A stretch of DNA of 63,191 bases, counting the filler, from Theionarchaea archaeon (GTDB lineage Archaea > Methanobacteriota_B > Thermococci > Methanofastidiosales > SZ-28-30): NCBI GenBank assembly GCA_018992565.1. It is 10 parts of 10 records of this genome, joined end to end, with 100 filler letters (N's around TTAATTAATTAA, not from the genome) between each part and the next. Parts side by side here need not be neighbours in the genome. Positions count along the whole stretch, not along the records: positions 1 to 14,362 come from JACVGW010000071.1; positions 14,463 to 17,848 come from JACVGW010000146.1; positions 17,949 to 21,120 come from JACVGW010000147.1; 7 more parts are not named here. One strand, given 5' to 3'. The stretch's first letter is position 1, and each line of letters starts with the position of its first letter. Below are positions 9,360 through 19,748 of this stretch, piece by piece. The notes under the pieces were generated by a model. The model worked only from the letters and a program-made list of their open reading frames with translations. It made no database searches and was not told the origin of the DNA. The position numbers were made by a program, and so were the translations under genes.

Positions 9360-10082
9360 TTATGTCATCTTCTCCAACAAATGCTGTACCGATTCTGCTG
9401 CTGCTGAATGTTCCGGTAAGGGAACACCTTCATAACAAGCCTTCTCAATCTCAGGGTCATATGGAATACTCCCTAAATAGGTGAGACCAGTTTTCTCTGC
9501 TCTCTCGGGGTCAGAATTCTTCATCCTGTTCAGCACGATGTACATGTGATCAAATCGGGCTTTCAGCTCTTGAGCCAGTTCCCTGATTCGGACTGCAGTA
9601 TTAAAACTCTGTTGAGACCCGTCAGCTATGATTACCATGTCCTGAACGGAGATGGTGGTTCTCCTGGAGATGTGTTCCAGACCCGCTTCAGAATCAATGA
9701 CTATGTAGGCATAGTTCTCAGACAGCATGTCCATGATCCTGCGCAGCAGGTTATTGACCATACAGTAGCACTCAGGCCCCTCAGGCCGCCCCATGACAAG
9801 AAGGTCGAATCCTCTATTCTCGGAGAGAATTTCGTGGGTCTTTCCTTCCAACCACACGTCCTTCCCAACTTGAGGAGGGAGCTCAGACTTCTTCTTGAGA
9901 AGATCCTCCCTAATGTGACCTACTGTCCCGTACACTTCGGCACCCAGCACTTCGGGCAGATTAGAATCAGCATCCGCATCTACAGCCAGTACTGATCCTT
10001 TCTTCGTCAGTTCTCTGATGAGAAGGGCAGAAAAGACAGTTTTCCCTGTACCACCTTTCCCTGAAACTGCAAAGGCGTGCAT
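9360..10082 (-). CDS. cooC: CooC/AcsF-type nickel-insertion ATPase
   Basis: GKGGTGKT P-loop, DADADSNL, MGRPEGPECYC, DSEAGLEH; inside the cdh operon. Confidence 0.9.
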   Translation of the reverse strand: MHAFAVSGKGGTGKTVFSALLIRELTKKGSVLAVDADADSNLPEVLGAEVYGTVGHIREDLLKKKSELPPQVGKDVWLEGKTHEILSENRGFDLLVMGRPEGPECYCMVNNLLRRIMDMLSENYAYIVIDSEAGLEHISRRTTISVQDMVIIADGSQQSFNTAVRIRELAQELKARFDHMYIVLNRMKNSDPERAEKTGLTYLGSIPYDPEIEKACYEGVPLPEHSAAAESVQHLLEKMT

Positions 10083-10087
10083 TGGAT

Positions 10088-11446
10088 CTATTTCCTCCGG
10101 ATAATCATCTTATCTGCGTGGATTCGGGCATTCTTCAGAATAATCCTCACGCCACCCAGGCCTCCACCAGCACCCACGGGTATGACTTCCAGCTCTTCAG
10201 CTTCCATGACCTCTCCGGGCTCCTCCTTTTTTGCAGTCCAGAGCTTCACCACGGGGTGGTCATTATCCTGCAGGAACTGCTTCAACTCGTTAATGCTGGT
10301 TGTTATCTCTTCAGTGGCTATCTTGTCGTACAGGTTCTCAGGGATTGCATCTTTGACCTGTTCTTTGATACTCTGGGGCATCCATACAATGCGGTCCCAT
10401 CCTCCGTCTGTCTGGAAGAATTTGGGGGAGCGCATGTACTCTATGGCAATCCCCAGAAAGCCGTCCAGCTGCTTCCCTCCACCTGTCTGAGTGGCCAGGG
10501 TGACAAAGGGAACTCCAATGACTGTTTCTCCCTGGTAGTTCCTGTGTGCTATACCAATACCTTCAACTTCAGGGATAAAGAAGGCAATCGCTTCAAAACA
10601 TCCGCAGCTGGTATGGGGATACCCGAACATAGTATGCAGCCAGAACCGTTCATTCTCACCCAGAGACTTTTCTTTAACTACTTCATTGATGCCGGAATAT
10701 TCAAAGTTCTCCTTATCCAGCAGTTCTCCCTTCTCCACCCTGAAATTGGGCCCCTTGGGATCCACTCTGGCTGCTGCCCTACCATCAAACCAATTGATAG
10801 CACCACACAGAGAAATCCTGTCCGGAGTGATGACGCATACGTGAGTGGGAGCAAAGCTCTGACACAACACGCATCCATAGAATTCTTCTACGTCGTCATC
10901 TGACAGTGCTCTGGCCCTGGCATCCCGTGCTTCGTATATTTTCTTGGCTTCTTCCATGAAGGGTTTCACATCAGCTTCATCAGTCATGAAGGTAACCTGC
11001 ATCTTCTCAATGATGGGAAGTTCCGCTTTGAACAGCCGGGTGAGTGCTTCGCCCAGGTACCTGAACGAATCAAGCCCTTTTTGATAGGATTTCTTGGAAA
11101 GCCGGCACCAGATATCATATCGTTGATTGACATGCATGAATCCTTCCACGTAGTTCGAAAAGTCGTGAATTCTCCGTTCAATGACAGCTTCCAGATCAGG
11201 TTCCACCTGTTCACCTGCCACTTCCACCAGGATACCAAAAGGGTGCTGACTTCCTTCCTCCATGTCCTTAATATCCAGACCCTTGATGATGACTTTTCCA
11301 TCTTCGACTTCATCTACGCTCTTGCACCTCACCAGCTCTGCCTTGTTGGGCACCTTTATTCCGCCCAGTTCCACGTACATATCATCTCGTCTCACTCGTT
11401 CTCCTTCAAATACTACTCCGATTTCAACAGGACATTCTTTTTCCAT
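10088..11446 (-). CDS. cdhC: ACDS complex subunit beta (acetyl-CoA synthase)
   Basis: FYGCVLCQSFAPTHVC, SLCGA, PHTSCGCFE A-cluster motifs. Confidence 0.97.
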   Translation of the reverse strand: MEKECPVEIGVVFEGERVRRDDMYVELGGIKVPNKAELVRCKSVDEVEDGKVIIKGLDIKDMEEGSQHPFGILVEVAGEQVEPDLEAVIERRIHDFSNYVEGFMHVNQRYDIWCRLSKKSYQKGLDSFRYLGEALTRLFKAELPIIEKMQVTFMTDEADVKPFMEEAKKIYEARDARARALSDDDVEEFYGCVLCQSFAPTHVCVITPDRISLCGAINWFDGRAAARVDPKGPNFRVEKGELLDKENFEYSGINEVVKEKSLGENERFWLHTMFGYPHTSCGCFEAIAFFIPEVEGIGIAHRNYQGETVIGVPFVTLATQTGGGKQLDGFLGIAIEYMRSPKFFQTDGGWDRIVWMPQSIKEQVKDAIPENLYDKIATEEITTSINELKQFLQDNDHPVVKLWTAKKEEPGEVMEAEELEVIPVGAGGGLGGVRIILKNARIHADKMIIRRK

Positions 11447-11448
11447 TT

Positions 11449-11943
11449 CTACTCCTCCACAAACTTCACAAGATCAGTCAATGCTTCCTTCCACTTCTTT
11501 TCTGACAAATTGTCAAAGGAATAGGTAGCATTGGGCTGGTAAAATCGTGATACAGCAATCGTTTTACACGATGAAAAGTGCTTGAGGCAGGAAAGCATCT
11601 GAGACTCGAAGTAGTAGGGTGAACCCATGTAGATGGCCAGATCGTACGAACCTTTACCGTCCAGTCCCTTCCAGCTAGAAGCATCTCTCAACAGGTTGGT
11701 GATACTGACTTTGTTCATGACTACAGGGGAAGCACCTTTTTCCTTGAACTGCCTGACAGTATCTGGAGCTGCCACAATTGCACCATCTGCCAGGTTTATG
11801 GCCTGTTCTACTTCTTCTAACTGTGCTCCTGCAACAAGGATCCTCCTTTCAGCTTTCTTTATAATCTTTGCCGCCTGCTCTGGCGTCACTGCCATAGCCA
11901 TCTTTATTCCGGGTACGTTTCCGGGAAAATATGGTTTTGCCAT
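11449..11943 (-). CDS. cdhB: ACDS complex subunit epsilon
   Basis: WKGLDGKGSYDL, YQPNATYSF; position between cdhA and cdhC. Confidence 0.92.
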   Translation of the reverse strand: MAKPYFPGNVPGIKMAMAVTPEQAAKIIKKAERRILVAGAQLEEVEQAINLADGAIVAAPDTVRQFKEKGASPVVMNKVSITNLLRDASSWKGLDGKGSYDLAIYMGSPYYFESQMLSCLKHFSSCKTIAVSRFYQPNATYSFDNLSEKKWKEALTDLVKFVEE

Positions 11944-11944
11944 A

Positions 11945-14260
11945 TTACCGCCTCCTTACCAGTCGTTCCAGTAGCGTAGGGTCGGGGATTTGCTTTTCTT
12001 CCCAGTTATTCTCCTTGAGTATTCTGTCAATAGTATCTTTTTCAGTAATAGGGATATCTGATCTCGTTCTTACATACAGGTGAATGTCATCAGGGTACTC
12101 CCCGAAATACCTCTTGTGCAGATCAATGTAGTGGGCCAGCTTAATCTGCCGTCCCTTGGAGGTGTCATTCGGCCGTATACATAATTTGGCAGCAGTGACA
12201 ATAGCTTCTTCTTTCGACTCTGAAGCATAGATCAGATGTTCAGGTCCGGGCCCCACCTGTACTTTGGAGCCATCCCGTGCATTGTACACTATCCAGTCCT
12301 CAGGGATGTCTTTTCTTCCCAGGTACATCCTCCTGTACTTTGCACCCCGGGCCCCTACGATAACAGGAATACCCAGCCTGTTGACTCCTGTAGCAATGGA
12401 CGCAGCCTTCTGTGACATGGCACCCCAGGCGATACCAACAGCGCCCACTCTGTTCAGTATGTAATCTGCAATCTCTTCGTAGTTGGCTCTTAAATCTCTA
12501 TGTGCGAAAATGGAAGCAATCTTAATGGCAGCACCCGCAATGTGTGCATTGGACACACACGAACCCACATTTGCCAGGCATCCTGCATCAAATCGTCCCG
12601 GATACAGTTCGTACAGTCCTTTGCCTTCTTCATTTTTCCACATGGCCATATCCATAGCTGCACATCCTGTAGCTACCACAATATACCGCCGGTCCAGAAA
12701 GGTCTTGGCAATTTCCACCACTTCTTCCGGCCCTTCCTCGTAGTTGGGGCACCCCACCAGGGCGATTACACCGGGGATTTCGCCCATCACAATGGGCTGT
12801 CCAACGTTCCGGATCTCCGTATCCTGGATGGGACCTCTCCCCACCCTGATCTTGTATTTCTCATTCATTATTTTCTCTTTGGCTGCCTCAGTCATAACTC
12901 GAATAATATCAATGTTCTTGGAACATACCGGCAGACATCTTCCACACCCTATACATCTCATGAATATCTCTGAAAAGTAGGAGTAATTCCCTTCCTGTGC
13001 TTCTTTCATACCACGCGCTATATCAATGAAATTTTCACATGCCTTATTGCACTGCTTGCATTGAGAACAGGCGGAAGCTGCTTTCTTCACGTCAAACCGC
13101 TTTTTCTTTCTCTTTGGATGGAGCTTCATAGCTACTTCCACAGCTATCTCCCCTACCATTTCAGGTTCCAGAATGAGGGCACCGGGAAGCTTTCCTTCTA
13201 CCAGCAGGTCAATGGTTTCCTGCGCGGGTTCATGGGTTCTATCTGGCAATCCATAGCAGATCTTGTCTGTTGTGGCGATGACCACCGTACCTGTCTCCTG
13301 GGCCAATTCTAGGGTATCTGTCCTGATGCACTGCTCATCAACAGTAATAACATCAGCAACACCAGTCTTCAGGTACTTGATCTGATGAGAGATGTGACCT
13401 GCAATCTTTGCCCTGGATTCATACCGTGTCATATCCAGTGCAGTGCAGCACACACCAGCCACTTCCACAGAGTCATATAACCCTTTGATGTTGGTGTAGT
13501 CCATCACAGAAGTGGCAGAGAGGGCGTTGTGGCCAAAACACATGACCACAGGTTTGGTCCTGTCAATAACACCCAACCCGATTTCCACAAGAGGTGCTTC
13601 AGGATCTCCCTTTGGAAGATCATACCGCACGATCTGAGCGATATCTGCAACTTCCATGAACATCTGGTCGATCATGGAGGCATGGAGTGCTTTGGATTCA
13701 AAGTCTATGACATTTCCTTCCTGCCCAGTATGGGCAGCTGACAGCAAGTGCAGAATTTCTCGTTCTCCATAGTCCAGAACATCAAGAAAATCACTCATCC
13801 GCCGGGGCCTGATCCCCGTCACCAGCCTGGTAACTGGCGCTTCAACCTGCACGTTATCTCCCATGTCGATGTCCATGTCACCTACTGTCTCCAGGAAATG
13901 ATCCACCATGTGGCGTGCATGTGCGCCATGTGCTGTGGAACCAATCAAGCAGGCCAGCAAGATGATCCTGCCCTGCTGAGGTTCAATACCAAGGCCGCAG
14001 GCTCCCTTTTTCCCATCTGATAAATCACATTTTCCATATGTACATAAACAACAGCTATCACAAAAGGGCCCGTAAAAAGGTTTATACCGTTCCAGCAATC
14101 TAAAGTCCCATCCTCTCAAATCTGTTACTGAGGGCATGGGGGTGGGTCCCATTTTCTCATCCCATTCGTCGTCGATAATTTTCCCAATAGAAATCTCCAG
14201 TCCTTTGATGGTGGCAGTGGGCGTGTGAACCTCATCTGCTTTCATAGTAGCACGTTTCAT
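11945..14260 (-). CDS. cdhA: ACDS complex subunit alpha (CO dehydrogenase)
   Basis: CDSCCLCTYGKCDL, GVCCTA, two ferredoxin Cys motifs, NVGSCVSNAH; GGAGG RBS. Confidence 0.97.
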   Translation of the reverse strand: MKRATMKADEVHTPTATIKGLEISIGKIIDDEWDEKMGPTPMPSVTDLRGWDFRLLERYKPFYGPFCDSCCLCTYGKCDLSDGKKGACGLGIEPQQGRIILLACLIGSTAHGAHARHMVDHFLETVGDMDIDMGDNVQVEAPVTRLVTGIRPRRMSDFLDVLDYGEREILHLLSAAHTGQEGNVIDFESKALHASMIDQMFMEVADIAQIVRYDLPKGDPEAPLVEIGLGVIDRTKPVVMCFGHNALSATSVMDYTNIKGLYDSVEVAGVCCTALDMTRYESRAKIAGHISHQIKYLKTGVADVITVDEQCIRTDTLELAQETGTVVIATTDKICYGLPDRTHEPAQETIDLLVEGKLPGALILEPEMVGEIAVEVAMKLHPKRKKKRFDVKKAASACSQCKQCNKACENFIDIARGMKEAQEGNYSYFSEIFMRCIGCGRCLPVCSKNIDIIRVMTEAAKEKIMNEKYKIRVGRGPIQDTEIRNVGQPIVMGEIPGVIALVGCPNYEEGPEEVVEIAKTFLDRRYIVVATGCAAMDMAMWKNEEGKGLYELYPGRFDAGCLANVGSCVSNAHIAGAAIKIASIFAHRDLRANYEEIADYILNRVGAVGIAWGAMSQKAASIATGVNRLGIPVIVGARGAKYRRMYLGRKDIPEDWIVYNARDGSKVQVGPGPEHLIYASESKEEAIVTAAKLCIRPNDTSKGRQIKLAHYIDLHKRYFGEYPDDIHLYVRTRSDIPITEKDTIDRILKENNWEEKQIPDPTLLERLVRRR

Positions 14261-14362
14261 GTAAATCCTCCCTCTGACTTATAATTCAGAGATATTTGTC
14301 TGATTTATCCTCTAATGATTTCCATTTAAGGTTTTCCATTTATGTTTGTATATGTTTACGTA

Positions 14363-14462
14363 NNNNNNNNNNNNNNNNNNNNNNNNNNNNNNNNNNNNNN
14401 NNNNNNTTAATTAATTAANNNNNNNNNNNNNNNNNNNNNNNNNNNNNNNNNNNNNNNNNNNN
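14363..14462. other. Artificial contig linker (N44-TTAATTAATTAA-N44); same linker at 17849, 21121, 34716, 37929, 51408, 54546, 57661 and 60553
   Basis: Identical six-frame-stop linker in nine 100-nt gaps; flanking genes are truncated. Confidence 0.97.
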
Positions 14463-15215
14463 GGGTTCAGGAAGGTGGCAAAAGCATTGTATCCCAGACC
14501 TGTGGTGTTGCGTCTCAGTGATTTCAAAACCAGCGAATACCGGGACCTGAAAGGTGGTGACAAGTACGAACCTGAAGAACCCTCTGCGCTGCTGGGGTGG
14601 AGAGGTGCTTCCCGATATTATGACCCTGAATATGTTGAGGCCTTTAAACTGGAATTGAAGGCAGTCAAGAAGGTTAGAGAGGAGTTCAGGCTGCAGAATC
14701 TGTGGGTCATGATTCCCTTTTGTCGGACTGTGGAAGAGTGTAGAAAGGTTATCACTATCATGAAGGAACAGGGATTGGAAAAAGGTCCTGACTTCAAGAT
14801 ATGGTTAATGGCAGAAATACCTTCCAATATTGTGCTGGCAGACAAGTTCAGTGAGTATGTGGACGGGTTCTCAGTGGGATCTAATGATCTGACTATGTTG
14901 ATACTGGGTGCAGATAGGGATAATGACAGAGTCGCTGCGATCTTTGATGAGAGAGATCTGGCAGTAAGACGGGCGATCAAGCACCTGATCGAGGTAGCCC
15001 ATGAAAAGAGGAAGACTGTCTCCATTTGTGGACAGGCACCATCAGTATATCCTGATTTTACTGAGTTTCTGGTGAAGGCAGGAATTGACTCTGTCTCTGT
15101 GAATCCAGATGCTGTCAGATCTACCAAGCAACTGGTGGCCCGAGTTGAACAGAGGATTATTCTGGAGAAGGCAACAGGGAAAGGAATCGCTGAAGATGAG
15201 GATTTGGAGTGGTAA
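14463..15215 (+). CDS. ppsA: Phosphoenolpyruvate synthase, C-terminal part (5'-truncated)
   Basis: RLSDFKTSEY, LGWRGASRY, MAEIPSN, FSVGSNDLT, SICGQAPS. Confidence 0.93.
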   Translation, partial: GFRKVAKALYPRPVVLRLSDFKTSEYRDLKGGDKYEPEEPSALLGWRGASRYYDPEYVEAFKLELKAVKKVREEFRLQNLWVMIPFCRTVEECRKVITIMKEQGLEKGPDFKIWLMAEIPSNIVLADKFSEYVDGFSVGSNDLTMLILGADRDNDRVAAIFDERDLAVRRAIKHLIEVAHEKRKTVSICGQAPSVYPDFTEFLVKAGIDSVSVNPDAVRSTKQLVARVEQRIILEKATGKGIAEDEDLEW

Positions 15216-15500
15216 GTTCAATTCTCCTTTCATTTCATTTTTACTCTATGATTTTATAATATTGAGCAGAATTAAGACATAGAACTCAAGTGTGAACAAA
15301 AAGAAGACAGATTCAGCATCTTTACTGTCCGGAGTCTCGCTATTACTTTTCATTGCATTTGAGCATTGAGTTACACCAAGTTCCCGGGCGAAACCCTTAT
15401 ATACTACAAGAGAAAACAGCTGATAGGAATTACTGATAAGAACAAACGTTTTTTATCCAGTTCAATTCTGAAACCCAACCAATCTATTGGAGGTGATATA

Positions 15501-15827
15501 ATGAATCAAAACCTAGACAAGTACATAACCCATATCCAAGGAGAATACAAAGGGGAAATAATTCTATTTTCTCTGAGCAACTGCGCACGCTGCAACAAAG
15601 TCAAGAAAGCCCTGAATGAAATGGGCGTTGAGTATTACTACATAGATATCGACCGTGCTGATCACAAAGACAGGCCAAGACTCATGGAAACAGTAGAAAG
15701 ATGGAATCCTGCCTGTATTTTCCCCACAGTGGTCATTAACAAGACCATATGTATTACTGGCGATCCTGCCCGGATCACCGACACCCTGGAAGAATACTGC
15801 CTTCCAGCAGTAGAAACCAGGAATTAA
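15501..15827 (+). CDS. Glutaredoxin/NrdH-like redoxin
   Basis: CARC motif and cis-Pro region FPTVVI; perfect GGAGGTGA RBS before ATG 15501. Confidence 0.8.
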   Translation: MNQNLDKYITHIQGEYKGEIILFSLSNCARCNKVKKALNEMGVEYYYIDIDRADHKDRPRLMETVERWNPACIFPTVVINKTICITGDPARITDTLEEYCLPAVETRN

Positions 15828-15987
15828 CAAGAAAACAAGAGTGCATAAGCACTCTTTCAGTACCTTACTGCCTTTTTCTCCGACATTCTAACTCCTTCTG
15901 TCCAATCCTCATCAAAGATTGAATTCACATCTATTTCACACGTAACCAGAAAGGCTTAAATATTAAAGAATCGCATGTTCCCTCACT

Positions 15988-16731
15988 ATGCAAAAAGAAA
16001 TCATAATTGAAGATTTAACCAAGAAATTTGAAGATGTCACCGCAGTAGACCATCTCACCCTCACTGTCTCCAAAGGAGAGCTTTTCGGTCTTTTGGGTCC
16101 AAATGGGGCCGGGAAGACCACAACCATCAATGTACTCTGTGGCATTATCCCCCCTACCAGTGGGAAGGTGACGGTGGGTGGATATGATATCTCCACTCAG
16201 CCCCGAAAGGTCAAATCTATCATAGGGGTCTGTCCTCAGGACACAGCAGTCTACGACTACCTCACAGGTAGAGAAAACATAGAATTCTTTGGACAGCTCT
16301 ACAACCTCCCCCATGAAACCCTTTTGAGAAATTCCGCTGATCTCCTCCAGAAAATGGAATTGACTGATCATCAGAATAGAAGGGTCAACAAGTACTCGGG
16401 TGGCATGCGTCGGCGCATCAACCTTGCCATGGCCCTGGTCCACAACCCAGAAATTGCATTCCTTGATGAACCCACAGTGGCAATGGATCCTCAATCCCGG
16501 CATGCGGTGTGGGACTTCATACGGGAACTGAAAACCCAGCAGAAAACCATTATCCTCACCACTCACTACATGGAGGAGGCTGAAGAACTCTGCGACCGGG
16601 TGGGGATTATCGACTACGGAAAGCTCATTGCCCTGGGCAGCCCTGCAAACCTGAGGCAAAAACACAATGCAGAAGACCTTGAAGATGTTTTCATTCAGCT
16701 CACCGGAAGACGCATACGGGAGGGGGTATGA
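15988..16731 (+). CDS. ABC exporter ATP-binding protein (DrrA-like)
   Basis: GPNGAGKTT, YSGGM, FLDEPT, TTHYMEEA. Confidence 0.93.
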   Translation: MQKEIIIEDLTKKFEDVTAVDHLTLTVSKGELFGLLGPNGAGKTTTINVLCGIIPPTSGKVTVGGYDISTQPRKVKSIIGVCPQDTAVYDYLTGRENIEFFGQLYNLPHETLLRNSADLLQKMELTDHQNRRVNKYSGGMRRRINLAMALVHNPEIAFLDEPTVAMDPQSRHAVWDFIRELKTQQKTIILTTHYMEEAEELCDRVGIIDYGKLIALGSPANLRQKHNAEDLEDVFIQLTGRRIREGV

Positions 16732-17848
16732 TGAACAGTACGAGAATGTTTGCTTTCACGCGGAAGAACCTTAAGCTCATACTGAGAGAACCGGCAAGCT
16801 TGTTCCTTGTTGTACTGTTTCCTGTGGTCCTGACCCTGGTCTTTGGAATATCTTTTGGAGGGATTGGAGGAGAACAGTCAGCAGTCTATGACATTGGTGT
16901 AGTAACCCTGGATGCAGGGACATATCCTGTATGGGCATCATCCTTTGTAGGTGCTCTGGATTCCACGGATATTCTAACTGTCCGCACCTATGAAACCCTG
17001 GAGGCCGCCCAGAATGATCTAGTACAGGGTTCCATTAAAGCGGTACTCATTGTGCCTGAACAATTCGGAGAGAGCTGTGTCTCTTTTGCCCAATCCCCCG
17101 ATAACCCAGGTCCATGGGTTGAATCCACTGTTGATGTATACCTGGACAGTGGCTCCATGTTTGCCACCCAGGCAATCCCACCCATTATCCAGCAGGTTCT
17201 CATAACACTGATTGCAGGCGAACAGCCCACCATGCAGCTTCCTGTTCACCTGGGGATTCCCTCCCTCGTAGAAGCAGAGTCCCTTACCATGTTCGACTAC
17301 TTCACACCCGGGATTTTTGCCTTTGCTGTCATTTTCCTGACAATGATTGTGGCGCAGTCATTCACGGTGGACCGTGAAAAAGGTCTCCTGCGCAGGGTTA
17401 GCACAACTCCTGCCTCTCCCTTTGAGGTTATTCTGGGTCACACCCTGTCCAACATGGTTCTGGCAGTAGTCCAGGTTGCAGTTGTCTTTGGCATGGCCTT
17501 CCTGGTGGGATACTCTTCCCCTGCAGGACTCTCTGGGTTCCTCTTTGCCTTTGTCATTGTCATGGTATTTGCCTTGTGCTCTGTGGGGTTCGGACTGATT
17601 ACAGCCTCAATAGCCAAGACACCTGGAGCTGCTACAGGTATTTCCTTCGTGTTCATTGTGCCCCAGATGTTCCTGGGAACCTTCGTGTCAGTAGGATTGT
17701 CCTCTGTAGCACAGACTGCGGGGAAATTCGTTCCCAGTTACTACGTTACTGATGCTCTGACCTCCTTACTGCTGCGCGGGGCACCCGTGACCAGTCAGAC
17801 CGTGATAGTGGATCTTGTAGTGGTCACTGCGGTCAGCATCGTGGTCCT
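16728..17848 (+). CDS. ABC-2 type permease (3'-truncated)
   Basis: N-terminal TM, extracellular domain, DREKGLLRRV..TP motif, multiple TMs; coupled to the ATPase. Confidence 0.88.
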
Positions 17849-17948
17849 NNNNNNNNNNNNNNNNNNNNNNNNNNNNNNNNNNNNNNNNNNNNTTAATTAA
17901 TTAANNNNNNNNNNNNNNNNNNNNNNNNNNNNNNNNNNNNNNNNNNNN

Positions 17949-18047
17949 AATCCTCCCTCTGACTTATAATTCAGAGATATTTGTCTGATTTATCCTCTAA
18001 TGATTTCCATTTAAGGTTTTCCATTTATGTTTGTATATGTTTACGTA
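17949..18047. repeat. Exact 99-bp copy of 14264-14362 (contig-end overlap)
   Basis: Base-for-base identity, both copies at contig ends. Confidence 0.95.
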
Positions 18048-18184
18048 GGTAAATGTGAAAAGAAGGCTATTATTGAATTGAAGTCACGAGAAAGGGATTC
18101 TTCATGCACGGATACGTGTTGAAGACTGGAATTGGAGGTGAATGGAGACATATCTAAAGGGGATATGTGAGTATCTGAAATAAT

Positions 18185-18754
18185 TTACAGGTCCCTGCCA
18201 TCTTCTCGTATCAGGAGGCTCAAACATCCTGAAATTCCTCTTATTGCCTGAGACTCAGTGTCAGCTGTAGATATGATGAGAACATCGTGCTCTGACGGAG
18301 AGAACTCATGTATGAGGTATTCTTCGATAGAAGGGGGGAGAGGTGTCGTACCATGTGGAAAAGCAAACCCTCCATTCTTGTATAATAAGGTGGTGGCACC
18401 ACTGGCCCCGGAAATCAGGGCTGCATCCCTGATTTTGATGCCGTTCTTTATGTGGTAAGAGAAGTCTGATATCAAGGATGCTACACTGTAGTTTGAAAGG
18501 GTAATTTCTCCTACTGTCACAGGTCTTGGAAGGGTGAATTCAGGTGCATGGGAGAGGTAGTCCATGCCTTCCTGTGTGATGACTTGGCCCTGCCTGGTAG
18601 ATGTGATGAGATTTTCGGATTCGAGCTTGCGGAAGAGCGTGCGCACTGTTGCTTCCCCCAATCCGAGCATGGTAGAGAGGGCCTTTCTTCCTGTCTGCTG
18701 GTTCTGCAGGATTCTGAGGATTAAAAGGATGTCCCCCTCCGTGTAGGTTTGCAT
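18185..18754 (-). CDS. Winged-HTH protein, DUF4443-like, probable regulator
   Basis: GRKALSTMLGLGEATVRTL HTH; GIKIRDAALISGASGATTL C-terminal motif. Confidence 0.7.
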   Translation of the reverse strand: MQTYTEGDILLILRILQNQQTGRKALSTMLGLGEATVRTLFRKLESENLITSTRQGQVITQEGMDYLSHAPEFTLPRPVTVGEITLSNYSVASLISDFSYHIKNGIKIRDAALISGASGATTLLYKNGGFAFPHGTTPLPPSIEEYLIHEFSPSEHDVLIISTADTESQAIRGISGCLSLLIREDGRDL

Positions 18755-18875
18755 GGAATGTGTTACCAGTTGAATTATTTAAGGGTTATTGTGGTCGATG
18801 GGCCAGGCCAGGCAAGCTGGGATTAGGTCAGAGAGGAGATCAATAGAGTTTTAAGCAGGGAACATATGAGAACAT

Positions 18876-19283
18876 ATGCGGAATCACACTGTGATGCTGT
18901 TACTAGGGTTGTGTGTGGTAGCAGGCTGTCTGGCCCAGGGAGTTCTGGGGGTGTACTACGTCATGGTGGAAACTGAATCGTATGATGCCAATGAAGATGG
19001 GGAGCAGGACGGGATCATTGTGTTTATACTGTTCAAGGACAGAGAATTGGAACCTGTTGTATTTTATGAGGCAGAGGGCACAGCACATATCTGGGTGTAT
19101 CAGGAAGGGATGGTTGTGGGAGAGGAAGAAGTCTGGTTTGACTCATCTGAGATGGTGGGTAAGAGCGAAGGCGGAATTCCTGTCAGGACGTCAGGGAAGG
19201 GATTGGGGACTGTTACGGTAAAGGTTAGCATAGAGGGAAGAGGGGAATTTACTGCAGAGAAACGAGACGTGATAGTGGGATAG
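18876..19283 (+). CDS. Hypothetical secreted/lipoprotein-like protein
   Basis: Hydrophobic N-terminus ending VAGC (lipobox-like); beta-rich body; Dx[DN]xDG-like DANEDG. Confidence 0.6.
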   Translation: MRNHTVMLLLGLCVVAGCLAQGVLGVYYVMVETESYDANEDGEQDGIIVFILFKDRELEPVVFYEAEGTAHIWVYQEGMVVGEEEVWFDSSEMVGKSEGGIPVRTSGKGLGTVTVKVSIEGRGEFTAEKRDVIVG

Positions 19284-19318
19284 CAGCAAGTTATTATGGA
19301 TCGGCGACAAGAGAGAGT

Positions 19319-19555
19319 ATGCGTCCTCGTGAAGTTCTGAACATGTTGAAGTGGCATCCTGATTATGTATTTGAAGAATATACAGTGGTATATGTGCATA
19401 GAGGTGCACCCAATGATGAGAAATCTGTTTCCTGCAAAGATATCGAAGGGTTGGAACATTCTGATTTTCTGATTGAGGAAGGGACTCACATACCATATCA
19501 CCGGGTTTTGAGGATACTGGATAAGGAAGGAAAGATATTCTGGAAAAAGCCGTAG
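19319..19555 (+). CDS. UPF0248/DUF504 family protein
   Basis: REVLNMLKW, YVHRGAPND, HIPYHRV. Confidence 0.85.
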   Translation: MRPREVLNMLKWHPDYVFEEYTVVYVHRGAPNDEKSVSCKDIEGLEHSDFLIEEGTHIPYHRVLRILDKEGKIFWKKP

Positions 19556-19748
19556 GGAGATGAGAACGAGGAAGTAGAAAGCGGATGAAAAAGGTTATAA
19601 GATGATAGGGCAAGAGAGAGCATGGTGAAAGCTCCGTGTTGTAGAATGAGAATTCAGAGTGAAGCAGGGAGGTGTTCTTGATGGAAGGATTTTTCCATGA
19701 GAGAGTTGGGGCTGATTTTATTGAGTGGAAGTGTGAGGAGGTTGTGTT

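Noticed and set aside
14407..14418. Recurrent TTAATTAATTAA motif (nine copies)
   Set aside because: Always centred in N runs; artificial six-frame-stop linker, not biological
18142..18183. 13-aa ORF (METYLKGICEYLK) after GGAGGTGA
   Set aside because: RBS directly abuts the start, very short, no other support
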